DNA from: a virus
Taxonomy: Duplodnaviria; Heunggongvirae; Uroviricota; Caudoviricetes
Virus record (IMG/VR): IMGVR_UViG_3300048599_000194
Coordinates: 96,001-160,000 of that record
DNA length: 64,000 nucleotides
Reading direction: 5' to 3' (one strand)
The position numbers were made by a program, and so were the translations under genes. The notes below the pieces were generated by a model. It saw nothing but the letters and a program-made list of their open reading frames with translations. It searched no databases and was not told where the DNA came from. Positions 50,746 through 58,839 of the stretch are shown here, one piece after another. The first letter of the stretch is position 1; every line of letters begins with the position of its first letter.

Positions 50746-51424
50746 TAGAACCCTTTAATTTCTTAATTGCGGCAATGTAATACGACATTGCTTCTTTAAG
50801 TCCAGGGTGCAGTGGAGAAGGTGGATTCTCGATTGGAGTCCACTCATAATCATCGGTTTCTGCATTTAGAATTGGCTCAAATTCCTCATCACATATTACT
50901 AGGTAATTATAGTATTCGAAGTCATGCTCTGGGTCAGAAAAGACACTCACTCCAATGTATCGGTCCATATCATAATAACCAATTTCTTCACTTAATTCGC
51001 GCTCAAGTCCTTCAATTGGAGTTTCTGTTCCATCTAATTTTCCACCGAATCCGCCCCAAGTATGAGGCTCTAGAACCTTATCAGATCGCAATCCAAATAA
51101 CACTCGACCTGTAGATGTTGCAAAAAACAAACACCCTGCCGCTCTTTTACCCCAATACGGTGAATCTTCATCTGCGTCATTTACCTCACCCCTAGCGATA
51201 CCAGGGTCTTGATCATCGTATTCTAGGTTTTCTCTATTTGCAATATATGATTCATTAGATCCAGGTGATCTAAACGGCTCAAACATTTCCATAATAGCTT
51301 CATGGAGATGTTTTGCTATTTCTATAGCCGCCAATTGCTTCTGGGCATTCTTTTTACTCATGCATTTTTTTGTTGTAGTATTATGTACGTGATAACACCC
51401 ATTCCCTTTATTTTCTACTGGCAT
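50732..51424 (-). CDS. Nudix hydrolase with N-terminal extension
   Basis: Nudix box GGKLDGTETPIEGLERELSEEIG; LHPG near the C-terminus; LHEA possible cleavage site. Confidence 0.9.
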   Translation of the reverse strand: MPVENKGNGCYHVHNTTTKKCMSKKNAQKQLAAIEIAKHLHEAIMEMFEPFRSPGSNESYIANRENLEYDDQDPGIARGEVNDADEDSPYWGKRAAGCLFFATSTGRVLFGLRSDKVLEPHTWGGFGGKLDGTETPIEGLERELSEEIGYYDMDRYIGVSVFSDPEHDFEYYNYLVICDEEFEPILNAETDDYEWTPIENPPSPLHPGLKEAMSYYIAAIKKLKGSNEEI

Positions 51425-51593
51425 TACTTTTCCCTTCTTCTTGTTCTACAACATCACTACTTTGACCTGGAAGTTCACCAAACCCCATTCCCTTTAAGGC
51501 TACATCAGATCCAGCCTTTAATAGAGTGGATAGCAAACCTTCTTCCAAGGGTGTGATGTCTTCGTATAATTCACCTTTGTAGTAGTATTTCAT
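51408..51593 (-). CDS. Tagged 61-aa peptide sharing a motif with the tape measure candidate
   Basis: MKYYYKGELYED...LLKAGSDVALKGMGFGELPGQ; TAATG-coupled. Confidence 0.65.
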   Translation of the reverse strand: MKYYYKGELYEDITPLEEGLLSTLLKAGSDVALKGMGFGELPGQSSDVVEQEEGKSNASRK

Positions 51594-51961
51594 TATGAAA
51601 CTCCATCAGAAAATCGCTCTGCGGCGTGTTTTGCTTGCTCTTCTGTTTCTATGGTATATTCTTTTCCATTATATGCAATATCACCTTTTTTAATTTTATC
51701 TCCAATTCCAAATCCATATACTGCGCGATGGCTCCATCCATACCATTTACCATCACAGCCTTTCCCAAGGCCAGATCCATATCCAGATTTCATTTCAAGC
51801 CAATCACGAAAGTTAATTTTAGCTTTTCCGGTAGAATACCTTGGTAAATTTTTTAGACTTCTCTTCTCAGGTGGTATGTCTGTTTTTATTTTACCCTTAA
51901 GTCCATTCAGTTCATATTTCTCAGCGGCCTCGTACAAATGGCCACGCCATAGCATTTTCAT
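51593..51961 (-). CDS. Tagged hypothetical protein
   Basis: MKMLWRGHLYEA; KWYGWSHRAVYGFGIGD; TAAATA-N5-ATG. Confidence 0.7.
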   Translation of the reverse strand: MKMLWRGHLYEAAEKYELNGLKGKIKTDIPPEKRSLKNLPRYSTGKAKINFRDWLEMKSGYGSGLGKGCDGKWYGWSHRAVYGFGIGDKIKKGDIAYNGKEYTIETEEQAKHAAERFSDGVS

Positions 51962-52037
51962 TCTATTATTTAGGTCATTCGATGCTACAATGATCTACAG
52001 AGCCACTTTCAAGGTTCATAAAAAGGAAGAAAACATC

Positions 52038-52232
52038 ATGAGAAAGATCATTGTCGGACTATCACTAGCTATTGCACTAGTTGCAGGCGGAACCTATATG
52101 TCAGCATGTAAGTCCACTACACCTGTCGGCGGAGATTCGACTGCAGTTGTAGATTCTATTAAGAAGGACACAGTGAAGGCTGATTCTGCTAAGAATGATA
52201 CCGTTAAGAAGGATACTGCAAAGTCTAAGTAA
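52038..52232 (+). CDS. Small lipoprotein rich in D-(S/T)-hydrophobic motifs
   Basis: MRKIIVGLSLAIALVAGGTYMSA-C lipobox-like signal, SD AAGGA, promoter TGCTACAAT at 51983. Confidence 0.7.
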   Translation: MRKIIVGLSLAIALVAGGTYMSACKSTTPVGGDSTAVVDSIKKDTVKADSAKNDTVKKDTAKSK

Positions 52233-52339
52233 AGCAGACAATTGTCCTGATTTGGAATGTACTTTGCCATGTGGGACCGTGTCGCAAGTATCTAAAGTTC
52301 GATTCTCTAGCAGGGCAATATTTAACTTCTGGAGTAAGC

Positions 52340-52846
52340 ATGAATAGTGAAGATCAAGAAAAAGAAATTGTAATTGGAACTGACCATTTCGAGGAACCAA
52401 TGCAAGATAATTCAACTACCGAGTATAATGAATACTGGTATGAATTAGATATTGTCCCTGGGAAAATAACACCCAAAGGATATAGGTATACCGATTTTCA
52501 TCTTAAGCTAATACATAAGTGGCTCGATGATGTTATATTTGGTAATTTAATTGATTATGCGTATGTTCCGCTATCTAATTCAGGTGAGATTCCAACTGAT
52601 CATATTGACCTCACTCGATTAGCAGGTAGAATCACTGGATATGAAATCTCAGAAGGTAAAACCTGGATTAGGGTTGTGCCTGTAGGACCAGAGGCTAAAT
52701 TCCTTAACGCATTCAATGAACTTTTGAAACTACGAACTTTAATGATCGGTAGTGTCGAAAAGATCGATGATGCTAATACGGTCGGAGAAGACGCTCAAAT
52801 GTTATATTTCTTTTTAGATACTAATATCCAACCAAGTAATAATTAA
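52340..52846 (+). CDS. Degenerate prohead protease (T4 gp21-like fold) paralog
   Basis: PKGYRYT, IDLTRLAGRITG, GPEAKFL, LKLRTLMIGSV and EDAQMLYFFLD parallel gp21 motifs (NGRxYP, INLDRVSH, TPxG, LGVSSRGxGS, DFxLxxxD) but lack the catalytic His/Ser. Start at ATG 52340 after GGAG. Confidence 0.5.
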   Translation: MNSEDQEKEIVIGTDHFEEPMQDNSTTEYNEYWYELDIVPGKITPKGYRYTDFHLKLIHKWLDDVIFGNLIDYAYVPLSNSGEIPTDHIDLTRLAGRITGYEISEGKTWIRVVPVGPEAKFLNAFNELLKLRTLMIGSVEKIDDANTVGEDAQMLYFFLDTNIQPSNN

Positions 52847-52850
52847 CAAC

Positions 52851-52880
52851 AAAGCCTCTAGATTCACTAGAGGCTTTTTT
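52851..52880. terminator. Bidirectional intrinsic terminator
   Basis: AAAGCCTCTAG-attca-CTAGAGGCTTT between convergent genes. Confidence 0.85.
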
Positions 52881-53817
52881 ATTCCTTTGTTATATTCGCA
52901 TCCTGTGTAGGATTATTATTAAAAATTGATTTAATTTGATTGGGTTGATACACGATGTAATGATATGCATCGCGGGTTCCTTCCATATTAAATACACTAG
53001 CATCCATAATAATTCCATCAAACCCCGCTCGTAGAATAACCCTCTTAATGAATTCTCCTATATAATTTTGACCTTCCCTATAATACGCATCAATTAATCC
53101 TTCCAATTCCTGCATTGCTTTGAAAAATACGGTTGAATAAAAACCTCCGTCATATAGATTGATTTCTTCGGTGAATTTAGATAGCATAGCATCTCTGTTT
53201 ATGTATTCTAACTCATCTAATTCATATTCAAATGCATTCATGAGAGGAACAGCATCACCCTCAGGCTCACCCTCTTCTTCAGTTTCTTCGTCAAATGGGA
53301 TAGTATAATCAAAGTATTGTTTGAATTTATCACCGACATAAAAAGGATTCTCAATCTTCAGATATACAGGCATAATGTTAGGGGCTGGATTTTCTCCTAT
53401 TATTAAATCTCTTGCCTTATTCTGCAATAGCTGGTATAGTTTACCTTCAGAGTCAGCTTTTTCTATCTCATCGACAGGGACTCCAATCGCATTTGAAAGT
53501 TCATCAAAATCTTCAATGTTATTCCAGTTTTCAGTGACATCTGATATTTTTCTATCAGTGTCTGCGCCAACTCCACTTGCATAATTAGAATTTGCGTCAT
53601 GGGGATTTGATGTGAAGTAAAACCCTTTACCTACATATGAATCATGGTATACCTTTTTAATATCAAACGTGTCAAAATTTCCAGTAGTTCCGTGATATAC
53701 GTTTAATGGCTCGCCGTCATCGGTTACAACTTTAGAATTACCAAACCATGTCTTAAATGCAGGTGTTTCAGTTATTTCTATTGACTCGTATATGAAATTC
53801 TTAAATGCAATCTTCAT
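52879..53817 (-). CDS. Tagged ADP-ribosyltransferase (ART-PolyVal-like)
   Basis: MKIAFKNFIYES; FKTWFGNSKVV..GEPLNVYHGT, GKGFYFT, IMPVYLKIENP, GFDGII, YIVYQPNQIKS. Confidence 0.8.
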   Translation of the reverse strand: MKIAFKNFIYESIEITETPAFKTWFGNSKVVTDDGEPLNVYHGTTGNFDTFDIKKVYHDSYVGKGFYFTSNPHDANSNYASGVGADTDRKISDVTENWNNIEDFDELSNAIGVPVDEIEKADSEGKLYQLLQNKARDLIIGENPAPNIMPVYLKIENPFYVGDKFKQYFDYTIPFDEETEEEGEPEGDAVPLMNAFEYELDELEYINRDAMLSKFTEEINLYDGGFYSTVFFKAMQELEGLIDAYYREGQNYIGEFIKRVILRAGFDGIIMDASVFNMEGTRDAYHYIVYQPNQIKSIFNNNPTQDANITKE

Positions 53818-53841
53818 GTGATATATTTAGCTATGAGTTGG

Positions 53842-53870
53842 TTGACTTGTTGAGCATACTCTAGTATCTT
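53842..53870 (+). promoter_or_regulatory. Sigma70-type (probably early) promoter
   Basis: TTGACT-N17-TATCTT, followed by AGGAGG and ATG 53894. Confidence 0.75.
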
Positions 53871-53893
53871 TGGTTTGCACACTAGGAGGTAAC

Positions 53894-54136
53894 ATGTCTA
53901 ACTTTCAGATTTTCTTGCTCATTTGGCTTGCCGCCGCCCCGGTAGTTTCTGTGTTGATGTTGAAATATGATTGGAATGAAAGTGGACTGGACGGGGAAGG
54001 AATTGCCCTTTTCATATGTCTCATTTTTGTATTTGCTCCTGCGGCATTGCTACTACATGGCCTGCTGACAATCAATTCGTTATATGGATCTATTAAGAAA
54101 GCCGAAGAGGAAGAGCGTAAAAATAACACTCGTTAA
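53894..54136 (+). CDS. Small 2-TM membrane protein
   Basis: Two hydrophobic segments; strong SD AGGAGGT. Confidence 0.7.
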   Translation: MSNFQIFLLIWLAAAPVVSVLMLKYDWNESGLDGEGIALFICLIFVFAPAALLLHGLLTINSLYGSIKKAEEEERKNNTR

Positions 54137-54849
54137 AAATTACCACTCATTGTTGGTAATTCAGAGAAGTATCCCTGCTTGAGTTTTGCATGCAATAAAT
54201 GCATTATCTCATAAAACTTACTACGAGTTGAATCAAATGTATTGTCATCTACGCCATTAGCCATGTGGTCGATGAAATGTTTCTTAGTCGTGCCCAAATA
54301 ATTTAGTACTTGATTCACGAATACATCAAATGGCAACTTAGTCATCAATCTAGCTCGCTGTGGCGAAAATGTAATGAAGGATATAATTGACATTAGGAAT
54401 GCATTTATTTCAGTTGGATCGTTGAAATAAGCATTTGGGTTTATTCCATTAATATGATTGTGCATTAAATCTGAATTAATTCCATTTTCCATTTGTAGAA
54501 TATGAGTAACTTCATGTAATATGTCAATGAATACCGAATTGCTTACATCCTTAGACATCAAATTATCTTCTAAAATAGTCACAAGATAACCATCTTGGTA
54601 CTTGCTAACCTCTGCGTCTGCGCCTTTATTTACTGTATTATTTGTTACTCGTAAATATACGTTAGGATTTGAGATTACTTGGACTATTTTTCCTGACTTA
54701 TAGTTCTTACTCCTAACATACTTAAAAGCGAATAATCCTATTTTAGTTGCAATGTCATGAATTTGCTCAATGAATTTTAGATTAAAGTGTGAAGTTGGGC
54801 CTCTATGATAATCTTCTTCGTAGATATACCCTCGATATGCTAGTTTCAT
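54133..54849 (-). CDS. Tagged zincin-like metallopeptidase
   Basis: MKLAYRGYIYEE; ILHEVTHILQ (HExxH)...YFNDPTEINAF. Confidence 0.75.
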   Translation of the reverse strand: MKLAYRGYIYEEDYHRGPTSHFNLKFIEQIHDIATKIGLFAFKYVRSKNYKSGKIVQVISNPNVYLRVTNNTVNKGADAEVSKYQDGYLVTILEDNLMSKDVSNSVFIDILHEVTHILQMENGINSDLMHNHINGINPNAYFNDPTEINAFLMSIISFITFSPQRARLMTKLPFDVFVNQVLNYLGTTKKHFIDHMANGVDDNTFDSTRSKFYEIMHLLHAKLKQGYFSELPTMSGNF

Positions 54850-54897
54850 GGTTATATTTATTCATCCATTATGATAAATGGGTGATAAATATTATTC

Positions 54898-55221
54898 ATG
54901 AAATACATGTACGAAGGCAAGATATACGAAAGCCAAGAAGAATTAAGCGAAGGATTATTCGCTAAGAAGAATCCAACTAAGCCAGGATATGCTAAGAACT
55001 CTACAATTGGTAGAAGTGCAGTATTCTATTACGTGGAGGACGCAAAAGCACCCGGATACGTCCATCCTGATATGCAAAATCCAATAATAAATGATTATAT
55101 TGAATTTTGTCCTAATGCCGAATACGCCAAGGATCTAAAGGCTACGTATCTAAAGGTAAATAATCTACCAGATAATTACCCTGTGAACGTGATCAAACGT
55201 ACTAAAGAAGTAATAGGGTAA
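54898..55221 (+). CDS. Tagged hypothetical protein
   Basis: MKYMYEGKIYES...LSEG; TAAATA-N6-ATG. Confidence 0.7.
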   Translation: MKYMYEGKIYESQEELSEGLFAKKNPTKPGYAKNSTIGRSAVFYYVEDAKAPGYVHPDMQNPIINDYIEFCPNAEYAKDLKATYLKVNNLPDNYPVNVIKRTKEVIG

Positions 55222-55883
55222 TGAAATTCATACACCGTGGATTCATCTATGAATCTGAAGAAATACCTGAAGTAATTGAAGTAGATGGTCAAACCCGTCC
55301 AACTAAAAATAATAAGGGAAATCCAATACACCCAACAATAAATGGTATTGTGGCCTTCTGGAAGTGGTTTGGAGACTCTAAGACTGTTGATGTTAATGGC
55401 AACCCCCTAGTCCTATATCATGGCTCTTATGAAGATTTTGATGAGTTTCAGCTACCCTGGGAGCGTGATGATTATGATCCAGATTTCACGGGAGATGAAG
55501 GATATCCTGGAGGTAATCTAGGAATTGGATTCTATTTCACGTCTCAAAGAAAATACGCAGAAACTTTTGGGAAAGCTAAAGAGTATTACGTTCGAATTAA
55601 TTCTCTATACGATCTTACACAAGACGCAAATATAGAAGCCTTTCAGCAAAGATTTGATGAAGAGCGCGATGAGTTAGACTACGGTGCGCAGGGTGAAGTG
55701 GTAGATATGATCATGAAAGAAAATAAATTCGATGGAGTATATGGTGAAGGTGTGGGTGGATTGTCTCATGGTGCAGATGAATGGAAAATAATAAACGGAA
55801 ATCAGGCTAAACTAGTTGCTAATAGTGGAGCTTTCTCTAACACTCCAAAAATAACTACCGAAAATATAGATAAAGAATATTAA
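55221..55883 (+). CDS. Tagged ADP-ribosyltransferase (ART-PolyVal-like)
   Basis: MKFIHRGFIYES; FWKWFGDSKTVD..GNPLVLYHGS, LGIGFYFT, FDGV, EWKIINGNQAK. Confidence 0.8.
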   Translation: MKFIHRGFIYESEEIPEVIEVDGQTRPTKNNKGNPIHPTINGIVAFWKWFGDSKTVDVNGNPLVLYHGSYEDFDEFQLPWERDDYDPDFTGDEGYPGGNLGIGFYFTSQRKYAETFGKAKEYYVRINSLYDLTQDANIEAFQQRFDEERDELDYGAQGEVVDMIMKENKFDGVYGEGVGGLSHGADEWKIINGNQAKLVANSGAFSNTPKITTENIDKEY

Positions 55884-56792
55884 TTATTCTTTTGTTATGT
55901 TTGCTTTATTAGTTGGATTCTTATTAAATACTGATTTAGCTTGATTTGAATTGAATATAATGTAATGGTGAACTCCCGTATAATTACCGAAGAAATACAA
56001 TTGAGGATCCATGATTACACCATCATATCCAGCGAGCTTAAGAACCTCAACGAAAAAAGGCTTCGTATTTAATATTTTTGTCAGCGGATCATATCTAACA
56101 ATTTCAGAGAAGAATGAAGTTTCACTGAATTCGCCACTATTGCTAATTTTGATTAACAAGTCCATCCAATGTATCTTGTACTTGTTACATATTTGTGCAA
56201 GCGCGGCTAATAATATATACCCCTCACTCTGATCATTAATTACGTTCAATGTGTTATGAGGTGCATCTGGATTTGTTTTTAATGTATATCTAGGTGATTC
56301 TCTCACAATATAGAAAGGATTTTCCATTTTCAAATACACTGGCATAATATTTGGGGCAGGATTATCTCCAACAATTTTCGCTTTAGCGTAATCTGATATT
56401 TTCATATCATCAATTAAATCATAATGATATCCTCCTCCGAATGATTTCTTTGGTGGCTTTGTGAATGTAATACCTAATAACTTCTCAAGATGTTTTGGAT
56501 GCATGTTAACTAATTTTTTATATTCATCTCTAATTCTAGTTCGAGCATCCCCTCCATCCCCACTAGAATAATTCTTCTCGGCATCTGAAGCGGAATCAGT
56601 AAAATATATTCCACCGAATATGAAATTCACAAATTTTGATTTCTTGAATGTATCGAAGTCGCGAGTAGTTCCGTGATATACTTGTTTAGGTTTACCATTT
56701 TCATCTACTACTTTAGAATCCCCAAACCATGACAGTAATGCATCGCTATGGTCATTAGCCTCATATATAGTTCCATTATATAGATACTTCAT
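55884..56792 (-). CDS. Tagged ADP-ribosyltransferase (ART-PolyVal-like), paralog of 52879..53817
   Basis: MKYLYNGTIYEA; WFGDSKVVD.NGKPKQVYHGT, GIYFTD, PAPNIMPVYLKMENPFY, C-terminal NITKE identical to the paralog. Confidence 0.8.
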   Translation of the reverse strand: MKYLYNGTIYEANDHSDALLSWFGDSKVVDENGKPKQVYHGTTRDFDTFKKSKFVNFIFGGIYFTDSASDAEKNYSSGDGGDARTRIRDEYKKLVNMHPKHLEKLLGITFTKPPKKSFGGGYHYDLIDDMKISDYAKAKIVGDNPAPNIMPVYLKMENPFYIVRESPRYTLKTNPDAPHNTLNVINDQSEGYILLAALAQICNKYKIHWMDLLIKISNSGEFSETSFFSEIVRYDPLTKILNTKPFFVEVLKLAGYDGVIMDPQLYFFGNYTGVHHYIIFNSNQAKSVFNKNPTNKANITKE

Positions 56793-57595
56793 TTTACACT
56801 CCAGAACAAAACATTCTTATACTGTTGCCAATTAGTTTCAACCCATTTAATACATTGTGTTAGAGAATCTTCTTTTTTATGAGTTAATGAAGAATCAAAT
56901 AGATAATCTTTTGCAGAATAATTATCATTTCCAACTACCTTGAAATCCCCATCTACCTTTTTTATCAATACGAATTCCTTGACATCAGGGCCATAGAATA
57001 TTACTTGATTCTCTTCGTCGCCATAATGATATACATGAACTCCAGTATTTCTAAACATTACAGCATCTCTACCATACTTTCCTTTTCTACTAACAAATGG
57101 AGCTTCTTTACCATCTGCCAGGAACGCAAAATTGTAACCATTCTCTTCAGGTTCATAATCACTTGATTTCGTTATACCTAGTCGAGAAACATCAGTTGCG
57201 CCTATGGTAAACCCTTCTTGCGCAATGTATGACGCATTGTCCGAAAAGTGAATTAGCCATGTGTTATTTGGAAGCAATTGAGGTCTACGAAGATCCATGC
57301 TTCTACTTGAACTTGCATATATCTCAGGCTCGTTTCGATACAGTCCACCTTCTAATTTCTTCTCAAATTCAGGGAAGTATTCTCCGTATCTATCTTTCAG
57401 TTCAGAAAAATCTAGCTCATCCATGTAATCTAAATCTTCTAATTCCGGATGTTCATCTTGCATCCAATCTCTAAACAAATATCTTAATTCTTCCATATTA
57501 TGTTGAGAATTACCCCATTCTTTAGCATAATTTAATAGTGAGGTATTCTCGTTCGAGTATGCTTCGTATATATGCCCTTTGTATAGATATTTCAT
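56789..57595 (-). CDS. Tagged protein with probable ART-like fold
   Basis: MKYLYKGHIYEA; WLIHFSD..I..EGF, GYNFAF, GDEENQVIF. Confidence 0.6.
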   Translation of the reverse strand: MKYLYKGHIYEAYSNENTSLLNYAKEWGNSQHNMEELRYLFRDWMQDEHPELEDLDYMDELDFSELKDRYGEYFPEFEKKLEGGLYRNEPEIYASSSRSMDLRRPQLLPNNTWLIHFSDNASYIAQEGFTIGATDVSRLGITKSSDYEPEENGYNFAFLADGKEAPFVSRKGKYGRDAVMFRNTGVHVYHYGDEENQVIFYGPDVKEFVLIKKVDGDFKVVGNDNYSAKDYLFDSSLTHKKEDSLTQCIKWVETNWQQYKNVLFWSVK

Positions 57596-57603
57596 GTTTA
57601 TAT

Positions 57604-58248
57604 TTATTTCCTAATTAAAATGGTTTGCACACCAATCTCTTTAAGAGCGGCAAGTCTATGATTCTGATTAATCAATGTATATTCAGAATTTTCATCAAAG
57701 AATTCAAATACCTTGGTTAGAAATGGTATTATCTTTTTCTCTTCTTCATTTGGTGCATCTGGATATGGAAAGCAATTGTATAATGAATTGGCCTTTGGGT
57801 TTAATCTTCTATATTCATAGAACTGCTCACCTTCGTCTCGATCAATTAATATATTTGAAAGTGAGTAAACTCTTAATCCAGCAACACCCGGATCTTTGAA
57901 TTCGGAATATACTTCATCTTCATATTCTTTATTAGTGTCAAGGAAATCTAGCATATCATCTAAGGTATATTCTAATTTACTAACCTCTACTGGAAATGGT
58001 TCGATGATTCCCCCGTTTTTAATGTATTCGACATATCGCTGAATTTGCTCAGGATAAAATTCATTATCTTCGGTAGGTAATACCTTATCAATATTAACCT
58101 CTTCGACTTCACTTCCTTTAGTTATTCTATATGTAATTCCATTTACTCTACGATATTCATAATTAGGAGTTCTATTAATTCTTTCAATATCATATCCGTT
58201 TTTCGTGCGGATTTCCTCGTACACATAGCCCCGATGCAAAATCTTCAT
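57604..58248 (-). CDS. Tagged ParB/Sulfiredoxin-like domain protein
   Basis: Start reassigned to MKILHRGYVYEE (TAAATA-N5); VNIDKVLPTE...QRYVEYIKNG..IEP...LINQNHRLAALKEIG. Confidence 0.7.
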   Translation of the reverse strand: MKILHRGYVYEEIRTKNGYDIERINRTPNYEYRRVNGITYRITKGSEVEEVNIDKVLPTEDNEFYPEQIQRYVEYIKNGGIIEPFPVEVSKLEYTLDDMLDFLDTNKEYEDEVYSEFKDPGVAGLRVYSLSNILIDRDEGEQFYEYRRLNPKANSLYNCFPYPDAPNEEEKKIIPFLTKVFEFFDENSEYTLINQNHRLAALKEIGVQTILIRK

Positions 58249-58293
58249 CCAGATATTTAGAGTCACAAGTACCATCCATGCTACCATATAGAC

Positions 58294-58839
58294 ATGTACA
58301 TGGAAATCATTAGCATTGACTACTTCAGAGACTGTTCAACTGCAGGCGTTTACGTTACAATTGATGGGTCGCCTGAAAAAGTGGAATATCTTATTCATGG
58401 AAATAATTGGGGAAATGCTAGATTCGATGTCACTAAAGATGGATGGTCTATCCAGAATTATCCATCTCACTCAGAATTAAAGGAACTCTCATTAGCTCTT
58501 GAGGATTTCAAGCATTCTGAGAAATATCAAGGATGGCAACAAACTGAAGAAGAGATACGTAGACTCGAAGTTGACGCACATCGACTAGCTGGAATGGTGG
58601 ATGTTTTTACTTATTGGTTAAAAGAACAAGAAAATCCACCACTAAAAGCAATAGTACCACCAAGCGAAGATATTATCAAGATTACAGAAACTAAATTAGC
58701 TAAACAATTAGCAGATGCGTTTGATGGAGAGATATTATCTAAGATGACATGTTATGCAATTAGAGATGGTAAGTTTATTTTCACCCCGACACCTGAAGGT
58801 GGATTTGTTAAATTGGAGAAGAACAATGAAAAAGAGTGA
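58294..58839 (+). CDS. Hypothetical protein
   Basis: 181 aa ORF; TGCTACCAT-N6-ATG. Confidence 0.65.
   Translation: MYMEIISIDYFRDCSTAGVYVTIDGSPEKVEYLIHGNNWGNARFDVTKDGWSIQNYPSHSELKELSLALEDFKHSEKYQGWQQTEEEIRRLEVDAHRLAGMVDVFTYWLKEQENPPLKAIVPPSEDIIKITETKLAKQLADAFDGEILSKMTCYAIRDGKFIFTPTPEGGFVKLEKNNEKE

Noticed and set aside
51651-52037. Long N-terminal part of the 193-aa plus-strand ORF
   Set aside because: Antisense to 51593..51961; only the lipoprotein from ATG 52038 has an SD and promoter.
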